A stretch of DNA of 64,000 nt from an uncultured Gammaproteobacteria bacterium (GTDB lineage Bacteria; Patescibacteriota; Microgenomatia; UBA1406; HO2-37-13b), in contig CAYQYZ010000001.1 in NCBI GenBank assembly GCA_964422025.1, positions 184,200-248,199 of the forward strand, given 5' to 3'. The translations under genes were made by a program, and so were the position numbers. The notes under the pieces were generated by a model. The model searched no databases. It was not told the origin of the DNA and saw only the letters and a program-made list of their open reading frames with translations. This document shows positions 7,760-16,058 of this stretch, piece by piece (position 1 is the stretch's first letter; every line of letters starts with the position of its first letter).

Positions 7760-8737
7760 ATGGTTTGGAAAATTGTTACAAAAGATATTGATCCTAATGA
7801 TCAAATAATAAAAGGACTCTTTGATGAAGCTGTTGCAGCTGCTCCGCCCAATTATGTAAAAACAATGGGTAATGGAGAGGTTGAAATGGAAGATACTGTA
7901 GCTTTGTTACCGCGTAATCCAATTAAAGGAAAGTGTCGCTTGTGTGGTCAAGAAGCCGATCTCACAAAAGAACATATCCCACCCAAGTCCAGTGGTAATA
8001 AGCAAAGACATACAAAACTAACTTTTGATGATTGGTTGAAGGATCATTTGGAAGCTAATTCCAATTCAAAGCATACTGTTGAACAGGGAGGTATTTTTGG
8101 ATACACACTTTGTCGCAAATGTAATTCACTTACAGGTAACCTGTATGGGACTGAATATAAGCTTTGGGTAGAAAGGGCACGAAAGCTTATAGATATTGAA
8201 ACTATTACCAAGTTGGACAAAATGATTGGCCCATTTGGAGATAGTCTTAATTTTGGAAGTAAAGAAGATGGTGGGGTCAAACCAGGGGCATTTGTAAGAC
8301 AAGTGCTGTCGTGCATGTGTAGCTTAAGTGGGTCGTGGGATTTAGCTGAAAAATATCCGGTACTTCGCAGGATAATTTTGGAACAGTCTACAGAAAAACT
8401 ACCTGCTGGATTAGAGATAGGTATGACAATTTACTTTGGCCCAAATGTACGCATTCATGGGCCACAGCTGAGAGTGGATAAAAAAACTGGAATATGGCGC
8501 TGGTGTCAAGAAATAGCATTTCCTCCTTTTGCATTCATGATGGTAATAGCCAGCAACAGCAAGAAGCCAGGAGAAGGTCTTCTGATAAACAACATGACAC
8601 AAGCCTCTCCAGATGAAATGCAAAACTTTACAGGTATCGTTGAAATGGGTTTTGGCTGGGCACCATATCCAGGAGACTATCGTTCAAAAGCTAGGATTAT
8701 TGCTGATCGCTCTATAAGAGATAAGATCTCAATGTGA
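7760..8737 (+). CDS. HNH-endonuclease-domain protein (HNH_5-like N-terminal domain plus ~200-aa uncharacterised C-terminal domain)
   Basis: CRLCGQEADLTKEHIPPKSSGN ... LCRKCNSLTG is the C-x2-C ... EH-I-P-x-S-x-G ... C-x2-C-N pattern of HNH nucleases. Start is 2 nt after the stop of the upstream gene. Confidence 0.65.
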   Translation: MVWKIVTKDIDPNDQIIKGLFDEAVAAAPPNYVKTMGNGEVEMEDTVALLPRNPIKGKCRLCGQEADLTKEHIPPKSSGNKQRHTKLTFDDWLKDHLEANSNSKHTVEQGGIFGYTLCRKCNSLTGNLYGTEYKLWVERARKLIDIETITKLDKMIGPFGDSLNFGSKEDGGVKPGAFVRQVLSCMCSLSGSWDLAEKYPVLRRIILEQSTEKLPAGLEIGMTIYFGPNVRIHGPQLRVDKKTGIWRWCQEIAFPPFAFMMVIASNSKKPGEGLLINNMTQASPDEMQNFTGIVEMGFGWAPYPGDYRSKARIIADRSIRDKISM

Positions 8738-8908
8738 AGCTAAGGCGTAATCCTTACTTGAGAAAACTTCAAAAAGTTGTGTCATTTCTTGTATGATCGG
8801 TTCGAGAAGCTCATCGTTAAGCACCCAAAGATAAGATGGACTTCAGAACTCCAATTTTTTTCTTGCGATTAATTTGAATCAAATAACGGCATACTATATA
8901 ATTTCAAT

Positions 8909-9511
8909 ATGGCTAAAGGGAGCAGGCAATTAAAAGTAACGTTCTTAATTATCCCACTGTTTATCGTTTTTATAGCAGCGGTTTTCTGCTCATTTTTATT
9001 CGGCATTCATTGGCAGGAAACTTTAGGAATGAAAAAACTTAATGATAACTCCATCGAGAAATTATTATGCTTTGGAGATAATAACTTTACCGAAACATTT
9101 CAATATAACTGCTATTCCCCTATAACAACTCCATTTAAAGGTTTCACTTCACATTTAGAATGTCGTGTCCTTACCAATCTTCAAATGAATTCACAATCAT
9201 CTAAATATAATGAACTAATGACAATTAAAGCTGACTATATAAAATTTTCTTTGAATTTTAGCAAAAACATGACCCTTATTGAGCAATCACTCCAGCCTGG
9301 AGAACCCGTAAAAGAACTTTATAAAATTGTTGAAAATAACGAAAATATAATTCATGGAATTAGAAATACAAGGCTAGATGATTTTCACGCTGAAGAGTAT
9401 GAATTTATCACACTTTCGAAGAAGACTGGCAAAGGAATGGTTTCTTGGATATATAGTCAAGATAATTTGAATAGTGATAATATTGCTTTAGAATTTTTTC
9501 AATGTAACTAG
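8909..9511 (+). CDS. Hypothetical protein with N-terminal signal anchor, in an AT-rich region
   Basis: 200 aa with N-terminal TM (VTFLIIPLFIVFIAAVFCSFLF). No recognisable domain. Confidence 0.4.
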   Translation: MAKGSRQLKVTFLIIPLFIVFIAAVFCSFLFGIHWQETLGMKKLNDNSIEKLLCFGDNNFTETFQYNCYSPITTPFKGFTSHLECRVLTNLQMNSQSSKYNELMTIKADYIKFSLNFSKNMTLIEQSLQPGEPVKELYKIVENNENIIHGIRNTRLDDFHAEEYEFITLSKKTGKGMVSWIYSQDNLNSDNIALEFFQCN

Positions 9512-9584
9512 ATTTAAACTATTTGGGATCGAAATATCTATCCGGTCACCCGTGACAACCTTCTTAGAATATTCCTCCATCACA

Positions 9585-10163
9585 TTAGAGCACAAGTATA
9601 TACAGATGAGAAAGTAGGTAAAGAATCGAATCTAGTGCAACTGAAATTTGAGTATCTCGCTCAGGCACCAAGCCCATGGGTGATATAAAATATCTGTTTG
9701 TTTCTGAAACTGTTTGTACTACGATGTACCAATTTTCACTCTCTTTAGCTATAAAGGAACGAACAAATTTGCCACTTACTTGGGGAATTTTGAATCCATG
9801 TGTTTTTCCTTCATGTACAAGATTGTCTGTGCAAAATGAAGGATTATTGCCCACCGAAGAAACATACATTGTCGATATAAACACACAACCAGATGGAGTA
9901 ACTACATCATCGATTCTGTCATGATCCATATCTACTCGCACAACATGGGGTAAATTCCAATCTGATATCGAATAAATTTTACTGTATCTATGGAATACAG
10001 AAAATTGATCAAATGTTGGTACTATAAATGTAAGAATATTAGAGCAAAAAACAACAATAGCAGTAATTAAAAAGATCGAAAGCAATATGTAAATGCCAGG
10101 GTACTTCTTAACAAGAGCTTTTTTGAAAATCTTTTTATAATTCATTTCAGATAAGTTTATCAT
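9585..10163 (-). CDS. Hypothetical membrane-anchored protein
   Basis: 192 aa with N-terminal TM (GIYILLSIFLITAIVVFCSNILTFIV). No recognisable domain. Confidence 0.4.
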   Translation of the reverse strand: MINLSEMNYKKIFKKALVKKYPGIYILLSIFLITAIVVFCSNILTFIVPTFDQFSVFHRYSKIYSISDWNLPHVVRVDMDHDRIDDVVTPSGCVFISTMYVSSVGNNPSFCTDNLVHEGKTHGFKIPQVSGKFVRSFIAKESENWYIVVQTVSETNRYFISPMGLVPERDTQISVALDSILYLLSHLYILVL

Positions 10164-10270
10164 ATTGCTATATGGGGTATTTGTGTTCTGAATTCGTCCG
10201 CCCAGTCACCCCGCATGTTTTTAACCCTGTCTTTCTTGAATCCTGCGCAAATTAGGCCAATGAGCCATGT

Positions 10271-10786
10271 GTGCTGTATAATCTCTCAATGTCAGAAAGA
10301 GAACACACAGTATTAAAAGTAACGTCAAGAGTATTTCGTGAGGAAATTTCTGCTGCAGGAATTGTTCCATTTATTGAAGATCTCGTTGCAGAAGAACGTG
10401 GTTTTCCAATATATCAAAGATTGCATGAACAACTCGATGAAGATGGGTTTCCAATAATTCCAAATCCACTTCTAACATACTGCGGTTCTGGCACATTACC
10501 TCTACTTGCACATCCAATCAGTGACGTAGGAGCCATAGCTGTAGTAATTGGGGATAAAAAGTTAGTATTTGATCCTAAGGGGCCTCCTCCGCATGATTTG
10601 AGAGACAATTACCTTTGGTCCTTTTCCCCATATGACTATTACATAGATCCAAATCAGAGAGAATTATTAAAGCTATTCAAAAAAGCTGGCTACTCATTGT
10701 GGGAATCAACAGATTCATGGCAATTTGGTATGGCTGTTTTTCACGGTCAAGATTTCGCTTTAGGCCCTCGATTAGATAACTTGTGA
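10271..10786 (+). CDS. Hypothetical protein, 171 aa
   Basis: ORF track. Flanked by short TCCGCCCAG direct repeats (see findings). Confidence 0.4.
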   Translation: MLYNLSMSEREHTVLKVTSRVFREEISAAGIVPFIEDLVAEERGFPIYQRLHEQLDEDGFPIIPNPLLTYCGSGTLPLLAHPISDVGAIAVVIGDKKLVFDPKGPPPHDLRDNYLWSFSPYDYYIDPNQRELLKLFKKAGYSLWESTDSWQFGMAVFHGQDFALGPRLDNL

Positions 10787-10826
10787 AAAAATTTGACAAC
10801 TTAATCCATCCGCCCAGCACTTCACA

Positions 10827-11390
10827 TCACACCCTCAACAATCCCCTAAATCCTCGGGAAGCATAGTATGATTCTGCACCGTTATGATAAACGAACACAG
10901 TATCGTATCGACGATCTGCAAAACAGGCGCCTCCTAGTTTTCTAATTGATTCAGGAGTTTTAATCCAGCTAGAAGTTTTGGTATCAAATTCTCCTAATTT
11001 CTGCAGTGCGCGATATGCTTCTTCGGTTAACAATTCAATTCCCATTTCTTGAACAACCGTTACTGCAGAACCTGATGGCTTAAACTCTTTTCGCAAAGCC
11101 AAAGCGTCATTGTCATAACATAAACTTCTTCGCAGGGCAGGGGACTGTTCACTACAATCACAGAATAAATATTCATTCGACTGAGCATTAAAACCAATAA
11201 CATCCGGCTCACCACCGGTTCGTTCCATTTCGTTTAATGACCATAGTTTTCCAGAATTTTTCTCTAATTTTGCTCTCACGTTGCTCCAAACAAGCCCCTC
11301 ATGCCGAACCATGTTTTTCTCAAATCGAGTTTCCAATGTTGTAAGTAATTCATTGATTTGTTCGATTGCTAATTCCTTTTTTTGTTCCAT
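10827..11390 (-). CDS. DUF4256-like protein
   Basis: WSLNEMERTGGEPDVIGF segment resembles the DUF4256 family. I chose the start at MEQKKELAIEQ (11390), not the ORF-track 11414. Confidence 0.45.
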   Translation of the reverse strand: MEQKKELAIEQINELLTTLETRFEKNMVRHEGLVWSNVRAKLEKNSGKLWSLNEMERTGGEPDVIGFNAQSNEYLFCDCSEQSPALRRSLCYDNDALALRKEFKPSGSAVTVVQEMGIELLTEEAYRALQKLGEFDTKTSSWIKTPESIRKLGGACFADRRYDTVFVYHNGAESYYASRGFRGLLRV

Positions 11391-11420
11391 ACTAAAGTAT
11401 AGCAAATTACACATACATCC

Positions 11421-11723
11421 CTACGTTTTGATGGTCAAAAACACTTTTATATTTTTGCCTACTACTATAGCTTCTGCGCGTCGCACAGACACTTTTATAG
11501 GGAGTAAATAAGTCGCGGTTTTTGAATCGGGGAATATCGATGTATCCCACGTTGTTTTTCCTATGATTACCCGAACACGTAGCGATCCCCAACCTCGTTT
11601 CAGATCACCAAATCCATTCGTAATCTTTTCTGCAGTATTTTGAGGAACTGAAACAAAATACCAACTCGCCTTTCCAGGATACATCCACACTTTTTCATAC
11701 AAAACAAATTCTGTGTGTTTCAT
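11421..11723 (-). CDS. DUF1905 domain protein
   Basis: 100 aa. WYFVSVP...GWGSLRVRVIIGKTTWDTSIFP...YLLPIK matches the DUF1905 pattern. Confidence 0.6.
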   Translation of the reverse strand: MKHTEFVLYEKVWMYPGKASWYFVSVPQNTAEKITNGFGDLKRGWGSLRVRVIIGKTTWDTSIFPDSKTATYLLPIKVSVRRAEAIVVGKNIKVFLTIKT

Positions 11724-11812
11724 AACGTAAACTATATATCAATAATTTGCTGTACAGTGATAAATTAATCTGCTTGCATTCAGCAATTTTAACAATATAT
11801 ACTAAGTCAACT

Positions 11813-13054
11813 ATGTTAACGTATCTAGCATTCGAAATAATTGCGTCATTAATCGCTATTATATCAATCGGAGCCCTTATGTGGGAATTTCTGAAGAATA
11901 GTCATGCAACAAAGGTAATCACTTCAAAACGAGTAATACTATTACTTACAGTACTTGGACTTTCTATAAGTGTAGGATTCTTTGCTCATAAAACATATCC
12001 TCCAGCATTTGCAATGCCGCCATTTGACCATTCTCATGCTCCTGGGGAATTACCCGCATCGATTCCACTTAGCGGCATTTATAACTTTTTTAAATATCAA
12101 CATGCATTCGAAAAAGTTACCACCATTGGGGCAGATCCAAACAGCGTTCCTAAAACACCCCAAAAACCTGATTCAGATGGAATAATAAGAATTAATTTGA
12201 TTGCACAAGAAGTTATCTCGCAAATCGCGCCCGATATTTATTTTAATTACTGGACGTACAACAGGCAAGTTCCCGGACCTATGCTTCGTATAAAAGAAGG
12301 GGATACGGTGGAAATTTCTTTAACAAACCATCCATCGAGCTTGCATGATCATAACATCGATCTGCACGCAGTTACCGGCCCTGGTGGCGGCGCAAGTTTA
12401 ACCCACGTTAAACCTGGTCAAACAAAAACGTTCCAATTTAAGGCTTTAAATCCGGGATTATATGTGTATCATTGTGCCATGCCTAATGTATCTACACATA
12501 ATTCTCACGGGCAATATGGACTTATTCTTGTAGATCCCAAAAAGCCACTCGCAAAAGTAGATAGAGAATTTTATATTATGCAAGGAGAGCTTTATACAAT
12601 GGGTCAATTAGGAAAAAAAGGGCTCGTTCCATTTGATTCCAAAGCACTTCTTGATGGAAGACCAAATTATATTACATTTAACGGCATGATCGAACGTGCA
12701 CCTCGCATGGAGGCGCGTGTCGGCGATCGAATTCGCATGTACGTTGGCAATGGGGGAGTTAATCTTATTTCTTCATTTCACATAATTGGCGAAATTTTTG
12801 ACACCGTATATCCTGAAGCAAATATTGGGGGAACTATTGAAAAAAACGTTCAAACAACCGCTGTATTAGCCGGAGGAGCAACTATCGTAGACTTTACTGT
12901 TGATGTACCCGGTAAATACCTTTTAGTTGATCATGCGCTCGCCCGTATGAACAAGGGGGCATGGGCAATGCTTACGGTTACCGGACCAAAAAATGAACAT
13001 ATTTTTAAAGAAATCCCATCGGAGAACCAAGAAATGCCTAACACAATGCACTAA
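11813..13054 (+). CDS. nirK: Copper-containing nitrite reductase (NirK)-like two-domain multicopper oxidase, membrane-anchored
   Basis: LHDHNIDLHAVTGPGGGA corresponds to HN(V/I)DFHAATG (T1/T2 Cu His ligands). LYVYHCAMPNVSTHNSHGQYG corresponds to (V/F)YHCAP...H (the His-Cys pair). I chose the start at MLTYLAFEII with an N-terminal TM, not the ORF-track 11747. Confidence 0.6.
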   Translation: MLTYLAFEIIASLIAIISIGALMWEFLKNSHATKVITSKRVILLLTVLGLSISVGFFAHKTYPPAFAMPPFDHSHAPGELPASIPLSGIYNFFKYQHAFEKVTTIGADPNSVPKTPQKPDSDGIIRINLIAQEVISQIAPDIYFNYWTYNRQVPGPMLRIKEGDTVEISLTNHPSSLHDHNIDLHAVTGPGGGASLTHVKPGQTKTFQFKALNPGLYVYHCAMPNVSTHNSHGQYGLILVDPKKPLAKVDREFYIMQGELYTMGQLGKKGLVPFDSKALLDGRPNYITFNGMIERAPRMEARVGDRIRMYVGNGGVNLISSFHIIGEIFDTVYPEANIGGTIEKNVQTTAVLAGGATIVDFTVDVPGKYLLVDHALARMNKGAWAMLTVTGPKNEHIFKEIPSENQEMPNTMH

Positions 13055-13059
13055 GTCAT

Positions 13060-13677
13060 ATGTCTCGAACTACCACATTTTACCTCGTCCGTCATGGACA
13101 AAGTGTTTGGAATACTAAAGAATTAGTTCAAGGACATAATCAATCAGAAGAGAATACATTAACAGAAAAAGGGATTGCTCAAGCCGGAAACATTTCTAAA
13201 ATTTTCAAAGATGTTCATTTTGACGCAGTTTATTCATCGGACTTACTTCGTGCTAAAAAGACCGCAGAAATTGTTGCTCTAGAAAGAGAATTAGCTGTAG
13301 AAGCATCTCATAGACTACGAGAACAAAGTCATGGAGAACATGAGGGAATGCTATCAAAAGACTTTCTGGCATTATTTACTGAATGGGAAAATTTAAGCAA
13401 CGAGCAACGAATGGATTACAAAATCTCTGATTCTGCAGAAACTCCAAATGAGGCGATCACTCGATTTATGCTTTTCTTACAAGAACTTGCAATTACATAT
13501 ACAGACAAGACAATACTGGTAATTACTCACGGCACCATATTAAGAAATCTATTGATTAAATTAAATATAGAAACGTATGATTCTATTCGAAAATTTGAAA
13601 ATACTGGGTATATTAAATTGCTTGTGCAGGATGCCGACTTTATTATTAATGAAGTAGTGGGTGCAATAAGAGAATGA
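13060..13677 (+). CDS. Histidine phosphatase family protein (phosphoglycerate-mutase-like)
   Basis: N-terminal FYLVRHGQSVWN (RHG catalytic motif) and a later HG (ITHGTIL). Confidence 0.7.
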   Translation: MSRTTTFYLVRHGQSVWNTKELVQGHNQSEENTLTEKGIAQAGNISKIFKDVHFDAVYSSDLLRAKKTAEIVALERELAVEASHRLREQSHGEHEGMLSKDFLALFTEWENLSNEQRMDYKISDSAETPNEAITRFMLFLQELAITYTDKTILVITHGTILRNLLIKLNIETYDSIRKFENTGYIKLLVQDADFIINEVVGAIRE

Positions 13678-13685
13678 AGAGGTAA

Positions 13686-14312
13686 CTAGATTCTATTTTT
13701 ATTTAGCACATTCATTAGTTCTCTGGAAGACTCATTAGGAGTCTGTGAATCATACGCAAACGTTTGCCATCCAAAATCTTGAGCTGCTTGTAAATGCTCC
13801 AGACTATTTTCTATAAATAAAATTTCTTCATTTTTAACTCCTGATACTTGTTGAGCAATTTCATACAATCTCTTGTCAGGTTTTTGAAATCCAATCTCAC
13901 TTGAATCAAGAATTATTTCCCATTTTTCCTTTGGGGGGATTAATTTCTGTTCAAATAATGTTGAAAGCATTCGCGGATACATGTTCGTCAAAAGTCCAAT
14001 TCGATACTTTTTTGCAACAGCATCGACCACCGGCCAAATTGACGTGTTAACCGTAAATCTTTTTATAAAACTATTGAGCAATGAATAGTTCTCAGGTAAA
14101 TCAAGTCCCACCTCGGATCTAAATAGAGGAACCAGTGAATCTACATCACAATCAAGACACACTTTATTTTTATATCGACTCCACACATGTTCCCATGCCG
14201 CATTGTTGTCTTCATTCACGCCCATTTCTTTTTTCAATTCTTCCCATTTATTTGTACCTGAAAAATCGAGCATCGCAACTCCACCGACGTCAAAATATAT
14301 AAATGAGATCAT
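13686..14312 (-). CDS. HAD-superfamily hydrolase
   Basis: FDVGGV (motif I DxGGV-like), GLLTN (motif II) and ILFIENS...AAQDFG (motif III/IV region). Confidence 0.6.
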   Translation of the reverse strand: MISFIYFDVGGVAMLDFSGTNKWEELKKEMGVNEDNNAAWEHVWSRYKNKVCLDCDVDSLVPLFRSEVGLDLPENYSLLNSFIKRFTVNTSIWPVVDAVAKKYRIGLLTNMYPRMLSTLFEQKLIPPKEKWEIILDSSEIGFQKPDKRLYEIAQQVSGVKNEEILFIENSLEHLQAAQDFGWQTFAYDSQTPNESSRELMNVLNKNRI

Positions 14313-14358
14313 TGATAGATTATAACAAAGCTATTTGGTTATCTGATATACTCCATAC

Positions 14359-15252
14359 ATGGATCAACTGAATACTTTTGAGGATCGTAAGAATGACCGT
14401 TTGGACACAAAAGATAAACTTGAAACTGTTGTATCACAAGGCACTTCAATTATTGCAGGTTCAAATCTTGTAATTGAGGATACACCTATTGGTGAACATG
14501 AAGTGGAAATTATGAGATCTTTGATTAATGTTACATTTCCATCTTCATCCGATGAAGACGTCAAATCAAAAACGCACCTTGCACTCGCCGGAAGATTTGC
14601 TCACAAATTTGGAGATGCACTTAAAGCAACAGGCAATCCGGCCTACGCTGATCTAAATAGCGATCTACTTGAAATTGCTGCACTCGGACATGATCTTGGC
14701 CGGAGCATAACTCACCGCGCACTTCGACATGATATTGCCGGAGACATGGTTTTAACTCAATTAGGAATGAGAAAAGATATTGTTGCTGCTATGCCATCGG
14801 CTCTTGCTCACACAAAAATTACCCGGCGTTTTTTACATGAATTTCGATCACATCATCCCAACGCATCACCAGAGGAATTACAAAGAGCTTTGAAAAGTTT
14901 GGCACAGCAAACACTCGTTGACTCTTCAATTGAAGAGCGTATAGTGCTTATTTCAGATATTTGTGGGAAGCCTGGAGATGGATTGAAAGGTATTCGAACC
15001 TTTGAAGGAGTAATGGACTATCATCGTACTACACGGGGTAACTACGAGAAGGCTTCAGGTAGAAAAATTTTATTTCCATCTGATCGCCATATTGATCCTG
15101 ATGTGATTGATTTTACTGAACATTTATATCGACTCCACAAAGATTGGCTAGCTAGTGAAGGAGTGGATGTTGAAGAAATTAGAAAAGGTATTCTGGAGGA
15201 TGAAGAAAAAGTCCACAAATCTATTCAATCCAACCCAGATAATAGTATATAA
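14359..15252 (+). CDS. HD-domain phosphohydrolase
   Basis: H...HD motif: LEIAALGHDLGR, with downstream His residues. Confidence 0.55.
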   Translation: MDQLNTFEDRKNDRLDTKDKLETVVSQGTSIIAGSNLVIEDTPIGEHEVEIMRSLINVTFPSSSDEDVKSKTHLALAGRFAHKFGDALKATGNPAYADLNSDLLEIAALGHDLGRSITHRALRHDIAGDMVLTQLGMRKDIVAAMPSALAHTKITRRFLHEFRSHHPNASPEELQRALKSLAQQTLVDSSIEERIVLISDICGKPGDGLKGIRTFEGVMDYHRTTRGNYEKASGRKILFPSDRHIDPDVIDFTEHLYRLHKDWLASEGVDVEEIRKGILEDEEKVHKSIQSNPDNSI

Positions 15253-15289
15253 ATTTGACAATCCCCACACACTTCCGTAAGATTAATAT

Positions 15290-15892
15290 ATGCGTATACC
15301 ACGTCCGGTACTTTTAATTTCCAGCTTCTTTCTTATTGTCATAATCAATATGGTACTGGTTATAAAATATTACAGTGGATTCACGATTCATGCGCACCGA
15401 CAGAATATTCTTACTGAAATTGATTCTATTGCTCAAAATCCCAATAAGCAATTCACGCTCTCAGCGGCTCCGCTCGTGCTAGGAGCAATAAGCGATGAAG
15501 TAACCGTGGCTGATGGCCGAGCAGCTAATTTGCGCAATTTTTTTCGAAAATATAACTCACCGCTGTACGACTATGCAGATGTTCTTGTAGAGGTCCAGGA
15601 CAAGTATGGTATCGATTACAGAGTATTACCTGCCATCGCTATGCAAGAGTCTCAAGGTTGTGTAAGAATCCCTCCGGGAAGCCATAACTGCTGGGGATGG
15701 GGGATCTATGGCGATAAGGTTACGATGTTCTCATCGTACCCCGAAGCTATTGAAACAGTAGCCGCTGGATTAAAAAAGAACTATGTCGATAAAGGGCTTT
15801 ACACTGCAAGTGCTATTATGGAACGCTATACCCCTAGTTCACCGGGAACCTGGGCGCATGCAGTGAATTATTTCTTAAAAGCACTTGAATAA
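15290..15892 (+). CDS. Secreted or membrane-anchored glucosaminidase-like (FlgJ/muramidase-type) peptidoglycan hydrolase, paralog A
   Basis: N-terminal TM. YGIDYRVLPAIAMQESQGC...NCWGWG is shared with the paralog at 16059 and resembles the mannosyl-glycoprotein endo-beta-N-acetylglucosaminidase domain (A-x-A-x-ESGWG). Confidence 0.5.
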   Translation: MRIPRPVLLISSFFLIVIINMVLVIKYYSGFTIHAHRQNILTEIDSIAQNPNKQFTLSAAPLVLGAISDEVTVADGRAANLRNFFRKYNSPLYDYADVLVEVQDKYGIDYRVLPAIAMQESQGCVRIPPGSHNCWGWGIYGDKVTMFSSYPEAIETVAAGLKKNYVDKGLYTASAIMERYTPSSPGTWAHAVNYFLKALE

Positions 15893-15932
15893 AACTATTG
15901 AACAGACCGGAAATGTGGAGTAAAAATACTAC

Positions 15933-15960
15933 TTGACATTTCTATAGGACGTGGTATACT
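15933..15960 (+). promoter_or_regulatory. Sigma70-type promoter (-35 TTGACA, 16-nt spacer, extended -10 TGgTATACT) upstream of the 16059 gene
   Basis: TTGACA at 15933-15938, TG at 15952-15953 and TATACT at 15955-15960. The ~90-nt leader contains a hairpin plus T-run (see findings). Confidence 0.45.
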
Positions 15961-16058
15961 TTATACAGATCCTAGGGTTTGTCGATAGCTTTACCGACAT
16001 GCTCTGGGATCTTTTTTTGTAGTAAAGAATATCCTATAGCATAGAGGTTGTAATTACT

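Noticed and set aside
5983-8737. Interpretation of the two-gene cassette as a Septu (PtuA ATPase + PtuB HNH) system
   Set aside because: The 591-aa partner has no Walker A/B or any P-loop. Its only catalytic-looking motif is the C-terminal R-x4-H, so the Septu architecture does not fit.
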